From Leptogorgia sarmentosa (taxonomy: Eukaryota), in NCBI GenBank assembly GCA_964658305.1, contig OZ210884.1, positions 8,060,001 to 8,124,000 on the forward strand: 64,000 nt of DNA, written 5' to 3'. The notes beneath the pieces are model-generated. The model was not told the origin of the DNA and did no database searches. It was given only the letters and a program-made list of their open reading frames with translations. The translations under genes were made by a program, and so were the position numbers. Below are positions 1 through 13,752 of this stretch, piece after piece. How positions within the stretch are numbered: position 1 is the first letter of the stretch; the number at the start of each line of letters is the position of its first letter.

Positions 1-3000
1 TATAAAAATATTGTATAGACTTCCTACCTAGTGTAATATATTTAATTAAAAGAGATGAAACACTTTCGCTAGACATCCTGGCATTTTATCACAGGTAGGT
101 GATACAAATGTTTAGTAAGTTCAATGCATGTTTATCAAATCACTTTCTTGATTGCAAACATGTTTTCAACGGTTTTTAGTACAGGCAATTGGGCTGGCCC
201 TCTTTTGAACGCCAACGCTGTATCATTGACAAAAATAACTAAGGTTGAGGAAAGATTACTGATAAATGAGCTATTTCCTAAAACAATGAGGGTGCATCAT
301 GGTAAACTGCCGCAAGAAAGATATAGTCTGCTTTCATATGTGATAGCTATATTGTTGATAGTATATCCTTTTCTACATCAACATGCAGTAAGGGGGGTAG
401 CTACCATCGTAAAAAGTTATACAAACAATTACACTGACTAAACAAAGATGGCAAAATAACAATTATAACTATCAAGAACTGACGTACTAAAAATCCTGCC
501 CACTGGTATGGTTTTCGCCAAGCCATGGTTATGCAGCCAGTTGTATCAATGAATTTAATTTAGTTGATTTCAATGTGCATTTGGAGGATCTAATTGTATA
601 ATATGTTTGTTTAATATATGTACGATTATATCTCACAATATACAATGCATGATCTAAAATTTGAGTATGATTTTCACGGTAAAATATTATGCGACATCAG
701 TCGCAAACTTTGTGATGCATAATATGCACAGCGAAAAAGTTGTCCCTAAATAGATTGTAAAACTCTAAAAGCGAAAACAATAATGAGTTTGTAGTACCCA
801 AGCATTCTTCAATGCATGGTGTTCGAGTATACAACTAACTCGAAGGAATTAATTATTCGAAATTAGGAAAACGTATGTGAGGAAAAACAATTTGCAGCTA
901 TTGTTGAACGTAATGTATGTTATAGCCACATTCATGACTGAGCTATAGCACGCAAGATTTCCTGCAGTGAAAGATTTTTCGCTGGCTCATGTTTTGCAGA
1001 TATTTAATTAAGAGTGTGAAAACGTCATTTCACTGATCCACATGTAGTACATGACTCAACGTTCTCTTTCCTTCACAGTTTTACTGATTCACTTAGAAAA
1101 CTAACTGAAAATCTGTTGAATCACGTCCGGTGTGTTAACGTGCATGTGCCTTTCTGACCATTCAAGTTAGGCTAGACCACATCCACACCCTTCAAACTAC
1201 GCAATGACCATAAGTTTTCTTTTATGAATCTACTTCAAATTGCGCTGACTGCAAAATTCTGCGGCAGGTCGTATATATACGTAACACGCGAATAGCGCTA
1301 TCCATTGGAAGGAAATAGGAACTTTAACCAAACTTTATAAATTGAACAATCTTTTGTGATCACCAATATTGTAAATTGGATACTTGATCAGTGCTAACAT
1401 TCCAGCTTTCGTACACAGCTCTGTCAGAGGCTAGAGGGCCGGACGCATGTTTATAGTTGAATGATGGCTAACTATATACTTTTTACACAATGCAGTACTA
1501 TTAGCTACAGATTTCTATGCGATTATCTTCAGACTTCTAACTCCAAGTTGAAAAGAATATGGAACTGAGTAATCGTTTTCCGATTTTGTCCTTTACAGGA
1601 CTCTTGGTTTCTCTTCTTATTTTGTCCTTTCAAGGGCTCCAGTCGATAAAGACAAAACAGAAATCATCCGCAAGGACACATCAATTATAACAGCTAAGGT
1701 TTCAATCAAGTTTGTACATATAATATAGGTGCTAAGAAAGAAATTAATGATTTGCAAAAAAATCATCAAATTTGTGCGACCATGCATGCACGCGCATCAA
1801 TATCGACATTGGTTTTTGATGTTAGGAGAGCAGGCGTGAGCATCATCGGCAGGAAAACCAGGGGAAAAAATTGAAGAACATTTTCCACGGAGAGGGAGGA
1901 GGTAGTATCGATAGCCGCTTACCGGGTCATTTCCATGCATCTTGCGGGATTGATTAAGCAATCTGCGCTGGACATTGTTGATATGCAGTCATCTATAAGC
2001 GTATAATCGTTGCCTGCATGCATGTAACTGCACATAATTATCCAGTTTTTGTTCATTACAGTATCGTTAATTACAAGTCTTAACGCACTGTAGCTAATTG
2101 ATAAATGGAGTCAGAGCTGGTCACAGTTAATGATATCGCACAGCACAACTCTGTTGGTTCAGTAGCTACACGTCATCTTTGACTAAGAATTATGTCAACA
2201 TTGAAAAAAAGTTAAACGAAGACTGCAGACTCTATGTATAACAATTATATTAAAAACACACACGGCCGAAACTTGAGCATAAGCTTCTTAAACTTCTTCT
2301 TCTTCTTGAATATCAGCGTCAACATAATATTATAGCCTATATACTATACATGCTCCAATTTGTTTATCTTGATATTTTTCTCTTACAATAAATATTATTT
2401 GTAATGGGATATATACATCTTACAAAATTGTTTTAAATTAATACTGAAGAAGAATTTAAAAATATAGGCGTGAAATGATTGATTGGATCCACGAATGTAA
2501 ATACTTGAATACTATCTGATAATCTATAATATATGTTAAATGATGTACACTCATGAAAATAGGACAATAATCGTTTACGAAACATTGTTGCTAAAGTTTG
2601 TTAGGATAAACTTAGTTTTGTATATTATAACGTACACAAAAGACACAATGTGTGGCATATTGGTTCCCGACTAGGTTGCCAACTGTATAACCACAAACAA
2701 AATATACACCGACTTATATTGGCATACGTATCTATGATACGCTTTATGCATGCAGCTCTTGTAACTATATTATATTGCTAGAGGCAAAATGCAAATGCCA
2801 CGTCTGTCAACTATATAATATAGGCGAATTGTAAATATACACGTTTTCCCTTTGAAAACTTGCCAATGAATTGAAGAATTACGAAATTTTTCAACCCCAG
2901 GTTAATAGAGAAGATTCATGGCACTATACGCACAATATATAAAATATTCATTAAGTTTTTACCGCCAATTTTAGTTATTTACTATTTAATGGCAGACAAA

Positions 3001-3191
3001 GACTAATACGTACTACGAATAATAACAGTCGATCTATAAGTGCGGTTTTTTCGGAAAAGTTATCTAGAAATTCTCGTATTTGTTCTTTATTGAACATCCT
3101 CACAAGACATAAATTGCAAAATACGATATTAAACATTGTAAAAGTGGGAAAAAGCTGTCAAAAGAAATTAACAGACGCTTTGTTTACTCAC

Positions 3192-3693
3192 CAACATTAT
3201 CACAGCTATTGCCGTGCATAGTCGTTGTTTTTCCCGCCTTTACTTGCTCGCTGAAATTAAATGGCCAGATCTCGCTCGGGTCTACATACATGATGCGCAA
3301 GTTACAGTCTATCAATGGTGGTGTCTTCGTGAGCGGTCGTAGTTTCTCAATGTTCCGTCCTTTCTTTGGTGATTCGCCATTCCACATACAGTCTCTAATT
3401 AGCATAGATTTTAAATCCTTTGTACGCGAAGATCCCGACAATATTTCATCGCTTTCACTTTGCTTGTCATTTAAAATTGCTTCGTATGTTGGACTACTGT
3501 CAGGCGACGACGGTGGTGTTAGAAAGACAGTTAGAGGCCATATATCATTATTATTGTCTATTCCCAGTTCACTTTGTTCTTTTGTCAGTGGCGTGTACTC
3601 GTAGTATTTTGAGATTTTCTCCTTGAGCGACCCTCCAGTAAATATATCGTCCACTTCGCTGGCTAAATGATCCATCTCTCTGGACAGAAACAT
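3192..3693 (-). CDS. myc: Myc family transcription factor, first coding exon (N-terminal transactivation region); partial gene
   Basis: Translation from the ATG at 3693 has a Myc box I-like NDIWPLTVFLTPPSSP, Myc box II MLIRDCMWNG and a Myc box IIIa-like YVDPSEIWPF. The exon ends at a phase-1 donor G|GTGAGT (intron starts at 3191), as is typical of myc genes. No acidic EEIDVV or bHLH-Zip exon was seen in 1-3190, so it presumably lies left of the window. Confidence 0.85.
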
Positions 3694-3918
3694 CCTAAAA
3701 ATTACAAATGTCGTCTCAGAAACGTCCAAGCCGTTTCAAGAAGTCACTTCAGTGAAGCGGGAAAATTTTGTTCAATACCTTTCTGTGATTTCGTAATCTC
3801 GTCAATGTATATCCAAAGACGTATAAGAGTGTTCTGTACAGCGTTCGCTTCGTGTACTGTTCGTGTGATCCAACTTAAAGCGCGCGCTAGTCTGATCCCT
3901 GCTGTCCTACGCTACGCA

Positions 3919-3925
3919 ATTTATA
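3919..3925 (-). promoter_or_regulatory. Candidate TATA box of the myc gene
   Basis: TATAAAT on the minus strand about 230 bp upstream of the myc ATG, in a locally CG-richer segment. Confidence 0.35.
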
Positions 3926-6900
3926 TTTACCGTTCATTCATCGCGCCATTCAAAAGCGAGTAAACAAAGAATGAATGAGCCCGCCTCCGAAAACGAATAC
4001 ATTAACGTGGTTCCTTTGCAAAGAATCGCTCGGATAAGATAAAAATCGAAATCCTATTCACCTTGCTGGCTCTGAATAAGTGTTGAAACCAAATTGCTAT
4101 TTGGTTATTAAAAGCATGGATGAAAACTACTCCAAATATTAATTTAGCTGCTTATTGTATTGGTAGTATTACACAATGTCACAAAAGAAATTCAAAGTTT
4201 CGCAATAACACGCACGTATATAAGGAAAACACATATTGAAAAGAAAGAAGCAGGATTTTCTGTGGTTTTTCACACAAACTTGAGTTGAAATGAAGGGTTT
4301 GGGGGAAAATATATATATTTATCGTCTAGTCTTGCCACCACCTGTTGATTATAACATCTGGCATGGAGGGTTAGAATGCAAATTACTATAATATCTCTTT
4401 GTTCGCAATGTGTTTGGCCACGCGGCGGTAACAACATATCAACCAACCGTAACAAATTGACAATATCATAATCGCCTGTGTTAAGCTCGCTTTTATTGAA
4501 ATGCAAACATCGTCTCATGAAATATAGCGAAATCAAAAAAATAGCTGGGTCATTAAGTGACTTTTGTGAGGAGTACATGATAACGTTGTAAGTTAGCGAG
4601 CGTCTGTGACCGGAAATCTTGATGTGTGTTGAGACCGTGTCAAGTGAAGTCCTGCGCTCGAGTGTTATCAGCATTAACATCTAAATATAAATTAAATTGC
4701 TTCCACGAGACAACACGTGCCTCATGTCAACAATACAGAGAGTATCAAAGGCGCGCACACTTTTTGTGTCACTGCATGATAATTTCCTGCAGAGGAGCGT
4801 TGTGAGGAAATTGAATGAAGTATAATGAGTCAGCAAGCAGTCTCTTTAATCTTTTCAATCCAACCAACTTGATATTAAAGATCAACTGTAGCGAACAGTC
4901 GAGTTTATCAGGCCACCATGTTGGTTTACGCCATTGGTATAATCTCAGTATTACAATGGCCACCTACTCACCACGGGCGCCTCACAGTATAATCAAAACG
5001 CTACACGCGTAAAAATCTCACAGCTTGTTATCTCAGCGCGATCGCTTCGCTAGTTCCTGGCTGAAGAGAAGTCTAGAACAAGTTGATATTACCCCGTCAC
5101 ACGGTTGATTCAACAGGCAAATTGTTGCAAGAAGATATGGCTTGCACGTAACAAGTTGCCAACAAATTGAAGACCGCAAGCTCGTTGCAAGTTGTTACAG
5201 ATGTGTTAGTCTTGTTAGAGCAACGTGTAACAAGCGTTTTACCGTCATCAAGCTTGTAATAGTGATAACCGCTTGTTCCGGACTTGAATAAAACAAGCAG
5301 TGCGAACACATCATAATAATTTTTCGCTTTTCATGCACAACAATCTTCTTGCAACATGTTTGCAGGTCTATAACATAACGTACCTGCGAACAGGCATAGT
5401 GTGGCATAATGTCGATTGATTGGGATTGTTGTGTCTGATTCAAATAAACTGAAAAAATAATGAAAATTTTTTCAAGGACAGAAACTTTTTGCGAAACCAG
5501 GAGTTTCAAACAGCTGTCGACTCTTTCGGTGTAGGAGGATAATTCATAGCGAAACGACATTTTGGTTCTTTGAGATGCATCAAGCGACAACTCTTGCAAA
5601 AATTATTTCAGCCATGCAGTGCTGGAATACACGATCTTGATCAGCTTTTGACTGGACTTGTAGCAGGCGTTTCTAGTCTGGTAGTTCTATGAACAAAATA
5701 TAAAAATCCAAGCCTTAGACATTAGAACTGTAAAGATTTTGAATAAATACACTCCCTGACTGATGAACACTAATTGAGGCGCTAAAAAAGGCGCGAAAAT
5801 TGCATTACCTTTTTTATACACCCTGTATATTTTGGATTCTACTCTTCCTTCTACTCATGCATGACCTTTAAAAACCCTGTTGTGTATCTTCCAAATTATC
5901 TTTTGGATGATCATTTTACCTATAAAAATCTAGGGAGTGAATGAGTACATGTTAATCATGTAAGATCAATTACAGGACTAAGTTCTGATTTCAACCAAGT
6001 ACTGAATTATAAAGACGAAACTATACCCCAGATTAAGTTTTGAATATGACTACCTTCAGGGCATCAAAGTTCAGTGGTATATATTGGGGAAAGTTTTGAT
6101 TCAGACCATCTAGAAGACCAAGTAGGTTGTACTGCATTAATTAGTTCATTGATATTTTTTTCTCAAATCAAGTTAAGTCCGCTATAATAAAGTGTCGCTC
6201 TCAAAGAAAAGTTTTTCTGTGGATTTAAATCGGTTGCGTTAACATTTCAAAAATATTTTAAAAATATCTAACACACCATCTGGATTTATGCAAGTTTGGC
6301 TTCTTTTTGAAAAATGTTGTGTCCACAAAGCAACATCTTCTGTTGACTAATTACGACAATTTTTGTCTCTGTCCCAACAATCAGGTGAATAACAATTAAA
6401 TTAAACATCGATATCTTCCAATAAATTGATGTGACAAGTATGAGATATTTCTTAACTTTTATTGTAGGCAATTTAAACTCAACCTATATTTTCTAGGTGA
6501 AACTGAAATTATATAGCTTGGAACTCAGAGAAACTCTCATGCCGCCTCAAACACAGTAAACTGCAATACTTTCAATACAGATATACGTAGCAGGCTAGTA
6601 CTGCTTTTATTTACTACAACGCCATTAATTATATATTATCGTGATCGTAAGCCAACAAAGGGTTTCAACGTAATGTTGTTATGACAGACAACGTGTTTTA
6701 ATTTTTTAAAAATAAAAGAGTCTTAATTACGTCTACGGCACTGGGATTGCGGCTGGATTTAATGATAATTCATTTAATGAGGTTGAAACATAAAATGCAT
6801 TAATATAACACAATTTTAATTATGTATGCTTTGATAATAATCAGTGTTAGGATAAACGTACGCCAAACGTGATTGGCTGATTTTGGTCAAGACATATGTC

Positions 6901-9900
6901 CTCAAAAATATAAATACAATGTATCCCGCGAAGCAACTTGTAAAAATGTTGTTGTTTCTCGATCACATACATAAACAAAATGGCGGCACAATTAGTGCAT
7001 GAGTTTATATAAACGTTAACAATAATGATTTTTCAAAAACATTTAGAGAAACCGAATAACATTTATATATGTTCTGCATGCTTTTAAAATATTATTAGTG
7101 AGAATTAACATAATGATGTGGCAATCAGAATTGACGCAATGAGTCATCATCAGATATATCTTCCACAAAAAAACGGAAAAAAACAAACTTTATACAATTT
7201 GATGGTATCCAGTTTTATATAAGGAGCATTAGCGCAAATTTCAGTATGTGACCAGTATATAGGTAACAGACAACCACGTCAAAAATCAACAAAAGTTCAA
7301 CGTCTGTACTGCATTACCTGAGCGATACAAAATATAATAAATATAAAAAATAAATTAATCTTGGAAATTGCATTTGAAGATATTTCAGTCATTACAAGTC
7401 GAGAATTTACAGTTTCAATTTGTTTGTCATACTTGAATTGCAAGATTTATTTTTCGGAATTTGTTTTCTTTTATATTTTTATAGTAGCAATAGCGATTAA
7501 AACTAGAGTGAATCAGTGATTTTTGCGAAGCATAACAGATGCCTTACTGCCCTTACAGCGTGATATCTTTAAACATCTACTAAACTGTTTGTAGAAATCA
7601 TAACGAACGTTCGTACAGGTTCCAATTTAGACAACAACTATGTACACTATCAAATAACGGTATATTAAAGTTAGGTAAACACAGGAACTTTGTCACAAAA
7701 GCAGGATTAATGTCGTGATTAAATCACCCTGACGTATTTACCAAAGCTGTTTAATCCTTTTAATAAACACACGTGTGCATTTTAAATATTGACCATAATT
7801 AAACCAAATATAAGGATTAGTGGCAAGCGCCATACATTATGCACTGCACAAGACTATACACAATTGCGTGTCGGTTTATTTGCACTGAAAATACGACTTT
7901 TTTCTATAAGCGGATATCTGCCAAAACAATATGGAAACAAATTATTCACGGTATGGATTATAATTAGGAGATAATGAATATTAACTTAAAATTGTCTCTA
8001 ATAATACTGCTGTATACACGTTTTAATCATTTTCAGACTATAGTTACCAAAATATGCTGCGTATTTCCGATGAGGAGCTTTTACGACATTAAAATGGCTT
8101 TATCTTGAGTTCATTCTCTATTCTATGACGTTAACGACCCAAATAAACAAGAATACTAATACTGAGTAGTTCATCATTCAGGCATCATCTAAAGTTAATA
8201 ATTTGCAGATAAATTACTGCATGGACATTTTTTACCCAGTCTGGCTACCGACTAAAAAGCGTGAGAGTATGATTGATGTACCATGCAGTTATGTAGAAGT
8301 TGGTTTGATAAATTCTTAGCAAAAAATCATTTCTTGCAACCGTTTTTTGTCAGGTCTTAAAAGTTGTATGTATACTTTACAAATAAAAACTTGGAAATCA
8401 CAAGTACGTGGTCCTAAAATTACACAATATTCCTAAATATCATCAGGGCTCGAGCAAGGTCCATAGTCCAGCGGTACCAGACCATATACCGATCTGATTG
8501 GCTGTTCAATCGCACCACCTACACCCATCCACTTTATTAAATAAATTAATAAAATTAATTACTGGTGGAGAACAGTAGATGAGGCAGGTATAGGATCAAT
8601 CGTCGGTGCATGAGATTACTTTCTTCGGTAGCATAGTGTAAGTCTTATAAATTTTGCCTGCACATACTGCCTATAGTTATCCATAACTAGCAAAGCATAC
8701 TAACCAATTATGCAAAGAATCGGTGCATGCGTGCATGCATGCATTTAGTGCGTACATTTTCATTCAAGAAGAATTCCAAAAAGATCAGAGCTAGGATTTA
8801 CTGATATTATTGGTTGCATTTAAAATGTAGTCGTATTTAAAATTTGGCACATGAAGGAATGACTAAGGATTATATTTCAATGTTCTGTCGGTAAACGTAA
8901 CCATTTTATTACATAAATATCTCATTAGACGTCTTTGAAATAACAGAAATTTAATTATCCACTGGTGTATGGCAATTTCAAGCGGGTAAAGGTACAGTTT
9001 ATCAAGCATTTATGTAATCAGTTTATTATACATTTTGATCAAAAATCTTCAATCCCTATGAACTTGACGAGAAGGGATGTGTCAATTAGTGATGCGAACT
9101 TAAAATAAAATGAAGTGTTAGCAAATCACCCAGCAAGTATGTATAGGTCCATGCACATCGTTGACGAGTACTGAACATGAAAATTATATTTTATGACTGT
9201 GTTTTTCCCTTCTAGGCATTCATGAAGTAACTACTAAATATATAAAAATAGCTTGACGACGAAAATAGTTATTTCGCAATACAAAGAAGGGATTAAATGA
9301 CGTGAATAATTATCATATAATGCTTGTAGTACACGTCTCGGTTACTTTGTGATTATTGTTTCTTGTTCAAGGGTCACTTATTCGTTTATTAAATATCAAA
9401 GTTACCCACAGTGCAAATACAAACCCGCAAGAATGCTATCAATCAAATAAGGAAGTTAACCAGGTGTATGAGACAACCAGCCAGCATGATCCGTCTGTAT
9501 ACCATTGCTAGGAGATTAACGAACAATGATCATTGTAAGTGCATCTCCTATACGATCTGATATCGTGGTATACTTGACTAGACCCTTTGAAAAGAAAGGA
9601 AGCGTTTAATTAATAGCAGCGTCCCAAAGAGTTGCTGATGCAAAATGGTGCACAGTCACCAGCTGCAAGATATAAGATTATCAGGGTATTAATCACTGTC
9701 AATGGAACCAGAAGTGTTTAATTAAGATTTTAAAAGATAAAAGTGCTTTGAATACAAATGGGATTAAGGACCGAGTATTAAAAGATTCTCAACAAACATA
9801 TAACAACTTATATAATTATAGTGGGATGAATACTAATCTGGAAATTTTATGTGTGATAACATGCATTTACAACAGTATACATAAACGCCTTATATTGTGT

Positions 9901-10205
9901 CCATCCTGATATCTTTCATCAAGCAATTACTGTATTCTTTTTCTATTTTTTACCATGTAATTACAGTAAATCATGCACTTTAACTCTGTGAAAGTTCTAA
10001 AATTCACGATATTGTTGGTATATGCCTGCTAAAAGAAAGATGCAAATGTGAAAATTCATCATATTTCACAATCCTACATGACCGTGTATCGAACATCTGC
10101 ATGCATGTAACAGCCCTCAACCAAACAGTAATTAACTTCAATATGCATATGTGTCCACTGTAGGTAGCAGAGGAATTGGTTTTGCCTGAAACCTCGCGTT
10201 CAAAC

Positions 10206-10299
10206 GTGGAACGTTTCATGTGCCGAACCTAATACAAATGAACTCAAACAAAGAACTTATATCTTATTAACATTAGGTTCGGCACATGAAACGTTCCAC
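10206..10299. mobile_element. Degenerate palindromic MITE, same family as 19569-19688
   Basis: Inverted arms GTGGAACGTTTCATGTGCCGAACCTAAT / ATTAGGTTCGGCACATGAAACGTTCCAC; the spacer is similar to that of the 19.6 kb copy. Confidence 0.7.
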
Positions 10300-12203
10300 T
10301 TCTGAATTAGGATTCATATTGTACCGTTTAGGTAATGAGTAGAACTGATTTACTGATGTCATAATAAACAGCACTAGATATTAGGAAAGAGTAGAATTTA
10401 AACAAATGGCTTCGAAGTTTTGATCATAAAATTGACCACGAATCTTCATATATGCATTGTTTGTAAAAATAAATCTTTTTTTAGTACTAATTAAATTTTT
10501 GTAACCATATCGAACTGGTCAACATAGAAACACCGCAAGAGTTATGTAAATTGATTAAATAACAAAATATAAAGTATACAGTGTCACACACATGTAGTTT
10601 GAAAAAAATGTATGTATATAGGATATAGTAAAATAATGAGATTGATTGCATTGAATGGAACGTGCACCTTAGTTAATGGCGCGAGCACCTTTCATCTTTG
10701 AGGTCCTTGGTTCAAATTTAAACGTTGTATTTGATATTTTTTATGTTTTGGGAAAACAATGTTACGCAACACATCGACAAAAGAAGAGAAATAGAAGTGG
10801 AATTACATTATCGTGGTTTCGAACAGCAAAATAGGTTACGTAATAATTGAAATAAATTAAAATTAATTACAATTAAAATTTTTCCAAACTTTACCAGATT
10901 CAAATAACTGGCAGTTTGCTCCCCTATACTTATGCAACCCCTTCATGTTAGACAAATATAGATACATTGGAAATTCAACTACTGTATTTTACCGACGAAG
11001 CTAGTATCAAATTAATTACTTTGCGACACACAATGGCATTGCCTTCGAATTGCGTAACATCGATCTATGCATCGGTGAAATTGAAGATCAAACCTTATTC
11101 AAACATTGCCCACCCCCTATGGAGAACGTCTTTGGACATCATCTCAATATGATTGTTTTCCAGTAGTTACAATGGAGATCTTAGGCTCAATTGAAACAGG
11201 TGTTTAATTTTTTACAAGACAAAGTTTGTTAAGATCTCATAAAATTTTCCACAGAAATGAAGCAGACACCTCACCAAACCTGTCTGACTTTTACTTACAC
11301 AATTTTCACGAGTTGCAATGAATTAGAAAAAAAATGGAAATCACATTCAAAATCTGATTATCTGACTCGGGGAGTTTGCAACTTTAAACTTGTTAGGAAG
11401 CTGGTCTGTCTCTCTCTAAAGTTAGAAATTTTGTTGATGATCATTTTTCACATATAGTTACTATATGAAGATTTTGGCTGTCTGCACTAATTAGCATCTG
11501 TACACCAATCTAGAGCACTAAAACGAGGCTGTTAAGTCTTTGGCTTGCACAATTTAAATACTGAAAAAAATAGCAATATTTATTATTCCTTACAATATAA
11601 TATGTAAAGAAAACAAATGATACCCAATTTTCGTAGTCACGATTTAGATAACATTGGGACATCAGCAAATATATGGGGTGAAATCCACTACAAAATGCAT
11701 GGAACAAAATGCATAACAAACAAAACTGCAGCAGACAGCAACAGAAAACTCTATATTGCGATACATAGCTCACTTTTCGGGGGGTTTCGGACTCTTTTAA
11801 CATAATTCTATAGTTCTTAATTCTTATATCTACACTCTATTGCAATATTACTTGTTCTAAGTTTTTTTTGTTTTGCAACTTGTCTCGTATAGGTAAATAT
11901 TTACAAAGTCCACACAACACAACTCCAGGGATGGAAAAGAGCACAAAGGGAATTGAACCTCATATACTATTATAGTTTGAACAACTTAATCTAGCTATTA
12001 TGTTTGAGGGACGCCCACAGTAGGCGGACAGGTGGTAAAATTAATCCAGATCATTCTTAAGAATAGCACTTGCCCGGGAAATGTAATAACCAGAGCAGTG
12101 GGGCGTGGGCGCCATGTTTATTTTCTGTTTCGTAAAGACGTAAACCGCCAGGGTCATTGGTTACAATTTATTGTTTTTAAATCTAAAATAGCCGGCAGTC
12201 TAA

Positions 12204-12394
12204 AGGCGCTGTTACACGATGCAATTTTTCTTGCAACTTGCATCGCAATTCTACATTCAAGAGATGTGAAATTGGCAAGTACGAGTCTTCATGAATTCTT
12301 TACAAATCAAACAGTCTTCACTAATTTACATGTCTCAAAAGCAGATTAATTGCATTGCGAGTTGCAAGAAAAATTGCATCGTGTACCAGGGCCT
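12204..12394. mobile_element. PIF/Harbinger-type MITE
   Basis: About 35 bp TIRs (AGGCGCTGTTACACGATGCAATTTTTCTTGCAACT ... AGTTGCAAGAAAAATTGCATCGTGTACCAGGGCCT) flanked by TAA on both sides. Confidence 0.75.
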
Positions 12395-13353
12395 TAATAT
12401 AAAATCATTTTTATTGCCGAGATTTTCAGCGAGCTAGCTACTAGCGTGTTTGATGGTAGTGCTGCTGTACCACACGAAGCTTAAATGGAGCCGTGCGAGG
12501 ATTGGTTTCACCTGCATAATTTCCGATTTGTTTTTTTTTTGAAAAATTTGAAAACATTTTGAACTGCCCCCTTTTTAGTGTCTAGAGTTAGACTGTTATA
12601 AGGTTATATGGTTAGGGTTAGCGTTTGGGTTGAGTTTATTTTATAAAAATAAATGGACTTTGTGTATTACTAAATTAAACGCGGGTGTGACGTACGGTGG
12701 TGACACTGATTGTAACCATGGTGACCCTGGCGGCTTACGAAACGGACAACTGCGGCGCCATCATACCTCCAAAAGCCCGAAAGAGACAAGATATTGGCTT
12801 TGTTCTAAAATTACAATTGTAGTATAATTAACACGTTATCGGCCGATTGTCATTGTGCGAGAGATTGCTGGAAGTTAGATTCAGTGTCCAAAAACCTTTT
12901 CCAGCAGACAATTTTGCGAAATATAAGCGAAAACAAACTCCGAAAATGAAAATCTTGTAAACTCAAGATATGATATAAAACAAGACACAATATTCAAGGT
13001 AATATTTCGACTCTATTTCAAAGTTTGAAATACAATCGAGTTACAATCGATTCGGACGATTGGAAACGGTTGCGACCTTCGTTTCAAACTTCGCTATGAA
13101 TTTGAAATGTTCGTTATGGAATTTACAAGTGCGTTTGTGAACAAAGCCAGCCAATCAGGGCAGAGATTAAAATGATGGAGGAAAATTTACAACAAATAAT
13201 CCATCGTACTCTGTTGCGTTTCAAATGAAATAAAACGTTTTTTAACCGTACAACCAATAGATTTATAGAGGAGTTTAATTTAACAAAACTTTATACCTAT
13301 AATATGAATTGAAATATTGACAAATTGTGAATGTTACATACTGAGTAGTACTA

Positions 13354-13620
13354 ATTTTGAAATTTACAAATGCAAAGTTTATTACCAAAACGATCGTATC
13401 TTATGAGTCAACTCAACAGTATGAACATTCACTTGGTTTGACGTTTAACATTATTTATGCCTTTTCCCAGTTAACAAAACTTCCAATTTGAAATTTACCA
13501 ATGCAACGTTTATGACCAAAACGATCGTATTTTATGAGTCAACTCAACAGTATGAACCTTAAGTTCACTTGGTTTGCCATTTTACATTATATGCCTTTTT
13601 CCCAGTTAACAAAACTTCCA
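13354..13620. repeat. Imperfect tandem duplication of about 133 bp just 3' of NSMCE1
   Basis: Two copies of ATTTGAAATTTAC...CAAAACGATCGTA...GAGTCAACTCAACAGTATGAAC...CCCAGTTAACAAAACTTCCA (13354-13485 and 13486-13620). Confidence 0.8.
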
Positions 13621-13752
13621 AAATACTTAAAACACAACATATAATATTTGCCTAATAACGTTTGGCAAATCCGTAAGGTTGGGAATAGAAGAACAAACGA
13701 AATATACTTTATAACAACCAAGGAATCACTCCAATATTCTTCTTCATGAAGG

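Noticed and set aside
124..441. 105-aa plus-strand ORF
   Set aside because: No recognisable motif or splice support; lies in the presumed myc intron on the opposite strand.
1599..1698. Exon-like segment antisense to myc (TTTACAG acceptor, AAG|GT donor)
   Set aside because: No partner exons or recognisable product; the acceptor is part of a small local duplication.
3209..3963. Plus-strand ORFs overlapping myc
   Set aside because: Antisense shadows of the myc exon and its 5' region.
5755..5800. CTGATGA...GCGC-loop-GCGC-GAAA hammerhead-like string
   Set aside because: About 11 extra nt separate the core from stem II, and no convincing stems I or III are present.
12608..12635. Telomere-like TTAGGG words (also near 15750, 23390-23470 and 25390)
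   Set aside because: Only one or two degenerate units each; not an interstitial telomere array.
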